From positions 1-64,000 of the IMG/VR virus record IMGVR_UViG_3300030330_004210: DNA of 64,000 nucleotides; one strand, written 5' to 3'. Below are positions 62,837-64,000 of this stretch, one piece after another. Under the pieces are notes generated by a model that was given only the letters and a program-made list of their open reading frames with translations, made no database searches and had not been told where the DNA came from. The position numbers were made by a program, and so were the translations under genes. The DNA is from a virus. Lineage: Duplodnaviria; Caudoviricetes. Numbering within the stretch: position 1 is the first letter of the stretch; each line of letters opens with the position of its first letter.

Positions 62837-63270
62837 TTTCCTATAGCCTGATCAATTGCATAAGCGGAGCCAATACCTATCGCGATACCGGCAGCGACAC
62901 TTCCAACAATAATTGCGGGAATGTTCTTTTTTCTATCTTTTTTAATGATAGCTCTGAGTTCCTCCAATTCGTTATTTTTTGCTGCCAGTTGCTCATCAAA
63001 ACGAATCTGGCTCTCTTCCAATGAAATCTGTATATTGCTAATGTTTAGTTGGCATGTCTCTTTCCATTTTGCCTGCTCAAACTCTAAGCGCTTTTGAAAC
63101 TCAATTTGTGTAAACTGCTTCCAAGTTAGAATCTCAGCCGTAGCAATATCATTAAAACATGTCGCTTCAAATGGAACAGTGCCGCCTCTCGGCACGAGTG
63201 TAAACTGTGGCGTGTCTTGCGCCATAGCTGGCAGACTTAAGCCAAGAAGAAGCAAGGCTCTACTCAACAT
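62833..63270 (-). CDS. Exported coiled-coil protein with C-terminal TM helix (possible spanin-like lysis component)
   Basis: Signal peptide ending AMA-Q, coiled coil, C-terminal hydrophobic helix. Confidence 0.45.
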   Translation of the reverse strand: MLSRALLLLGLSLPAMAQDTPQFTLVPRGGTVPFEATCFNDIATAEILTWKQFTQIEFQKRLEFEQAKWKETCQLNISNIQISLEESQIRFDEQLAAKNNELEELRAIIKKDRKKNIPAIIVGSVAAGIAIGIGSAYAIDQAIGK

Positions 63271-63631
63271 ACTCAAACCCAAAAGCATTTTCTATTTCTT
63301 CAACTAGAGCATCAGGATTACTGTGTCTAATTTCTGTTAGTTCGGCTACTCTCGTTGCCTTTTGCTCTTCGACGCTTTCTCGAAACTCTAAATACTCTTT
63401 TTGGATCTCGTCCATTTTTGCTTGGTATTCATGAAGAGCCTGCTCTTTTCTCTCAAGTTCCCTTTGGTGGCTTTCGTTTAAAGCTTCTAGCTGAGCTTCA
63501 TAGCTTATCACAGCACTGTCATATGCTTTTATCAGGGATCTATGATCTTGGGACCAAGCGACGGAGACACCAATCACCATTACGATGATCAGTGCCTCGC
63601 GCCAATACTTAGCAAAAAAACGTCGTATCAT
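63260..63631 (-). CDS. i-spanin-like protein
   Basis: N-terminal TM helix followed by a long coiled coil; coupled to the holin-like gene. Confidence 0.45.
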   Translation of the reverse strand: MIRRFFAKYWREALIIVMVIGVSVAWSQDHRSLIKAYDSAVISYEAQLEALNESHQRELERKEQALHEYQAKMDEIQKEYLEFRESVEEQKATRVAELTEIRHSNPDALVEEIENAFGFEYVE

Positions 63632-63822
63632 GCGCCCTTCAGCTTAACAACAGCGTCAATGACTGCTTGACCGCCAAGATACAGGGACGAGATAACAACC
63701 CAATCTCCGCTAGTAAGAAATCCTCCTGCTGCTAGTCCCGTGGCTGTTGCCCAGACTAAAAGCTTTCGCGATACTACCTTCTCTAAAGCCTTATCGACTG
63801 CTCCTTTAATTGCCATCTTCAT
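63628..63822 (-). CDS. Holin-like two-TM protein
   Basis: 64 aa, SRKLLV before TM1, dual Met start MKM. Confidence 0.55.
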   Translation of the reverse strand: MKMAIKGAVDKALEKVVSRKLLVWATATGLAAGGFLTSGDWVVISSLYLGGQAVIDAVVKLKGA

Positions 63823-63835
63823 TTTACCTCCAATG

Positions 63836-64000
63836 TTAATTTTTCTTTTTATCTTTCTTTGGTTCTTCCGCTGGTTGCGGATTAGTAAGAGTCAGCACTG
63901 CATGATGAATCGCACTTGCCTCCTCCAAACTATACGCTCCTCGCTTTTGTGCTATCGCCACTGCATTGACGAGAGACTGCAAAGCTTGTTCTTGTGTCAT
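63836..64000 (-). CDS. Small hypothetical protein (MTQEQALQSLVNAVAIAQKRGAYSLEEASAI...), possibly 5'-truncated
   Basis: Manually translated 54 codons from the ATG at the window edge. Confidence 0.6.
   Translation of the reverse strand: MTQEQALQSLVNAVAIAQKRGAYSLEEASAIHHAVLTLTNPQPAEEPKKDKKKN

Noticed and set aside
91-63588. Numerous plus-strand ORFs in the track (e.g. 44991..45713, 54187..54882, 12064..12624, 28414..28947)
   Set aside because: All are antisense shadows of well-supported minus-strand genes, with no recognisable motifs
1-64000. Stop-codon reassignment, as seen in some large phages
   Set aside because: Core genes are full length in the standard code, and TAA, TAG and TGA all end genes at sensible positions

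Overview
64 kb of a large T4-like (contractile-tailed) dsDNA bacteriophage genome in the standard genetic code, with essentially all real genes on the minus strand. Reading in transcription direction (right to left): a putative lysis trio, terminase, portal, prohead protease, ribosomal protein bS21, scaffold, major capsid, neck, sheath, tube, a frameshifted tail chaperone, tape measure and baseplate genes (about 64-32.7 kb). Next is a replication and nucleotide-metabolism block (short PolA, divergent tubulin, SSB, RecA, 5'-3' exonuclease, DnaB-like helicase, class II RNR, ThyX, Grx/Trx, DnaE, UvsE, dUTPase, GMP reductase/IMPDH). Last is a proteostasis and accessory block (ClpP, PD-(D/E)xK nuclease, Mom-like DNA modifier, GroEL, Hsp20, ART-fold protein, HAD nucleotidase). 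Two promoter classes are visible: sigma70-type TTGACN-17-TANNNT in the replication region, and a CTAHTTA motif before structural genes. Highlights: (1) a dispersed set of enzymes shares capsid-targeting-like N-terminal leaders and the CTAHTTA motif, suggesting a virion-packaged enzyme payload; (2) an adjacent nuclease plus Mom-like modifier pair; (3) a duplicated, covarying H-type RNA pseudoknot before small membrane-protein genes; (4) a +1/-2 tail chaperone frameshift. All functional calls come from motif recognition by eye; no searches were run.
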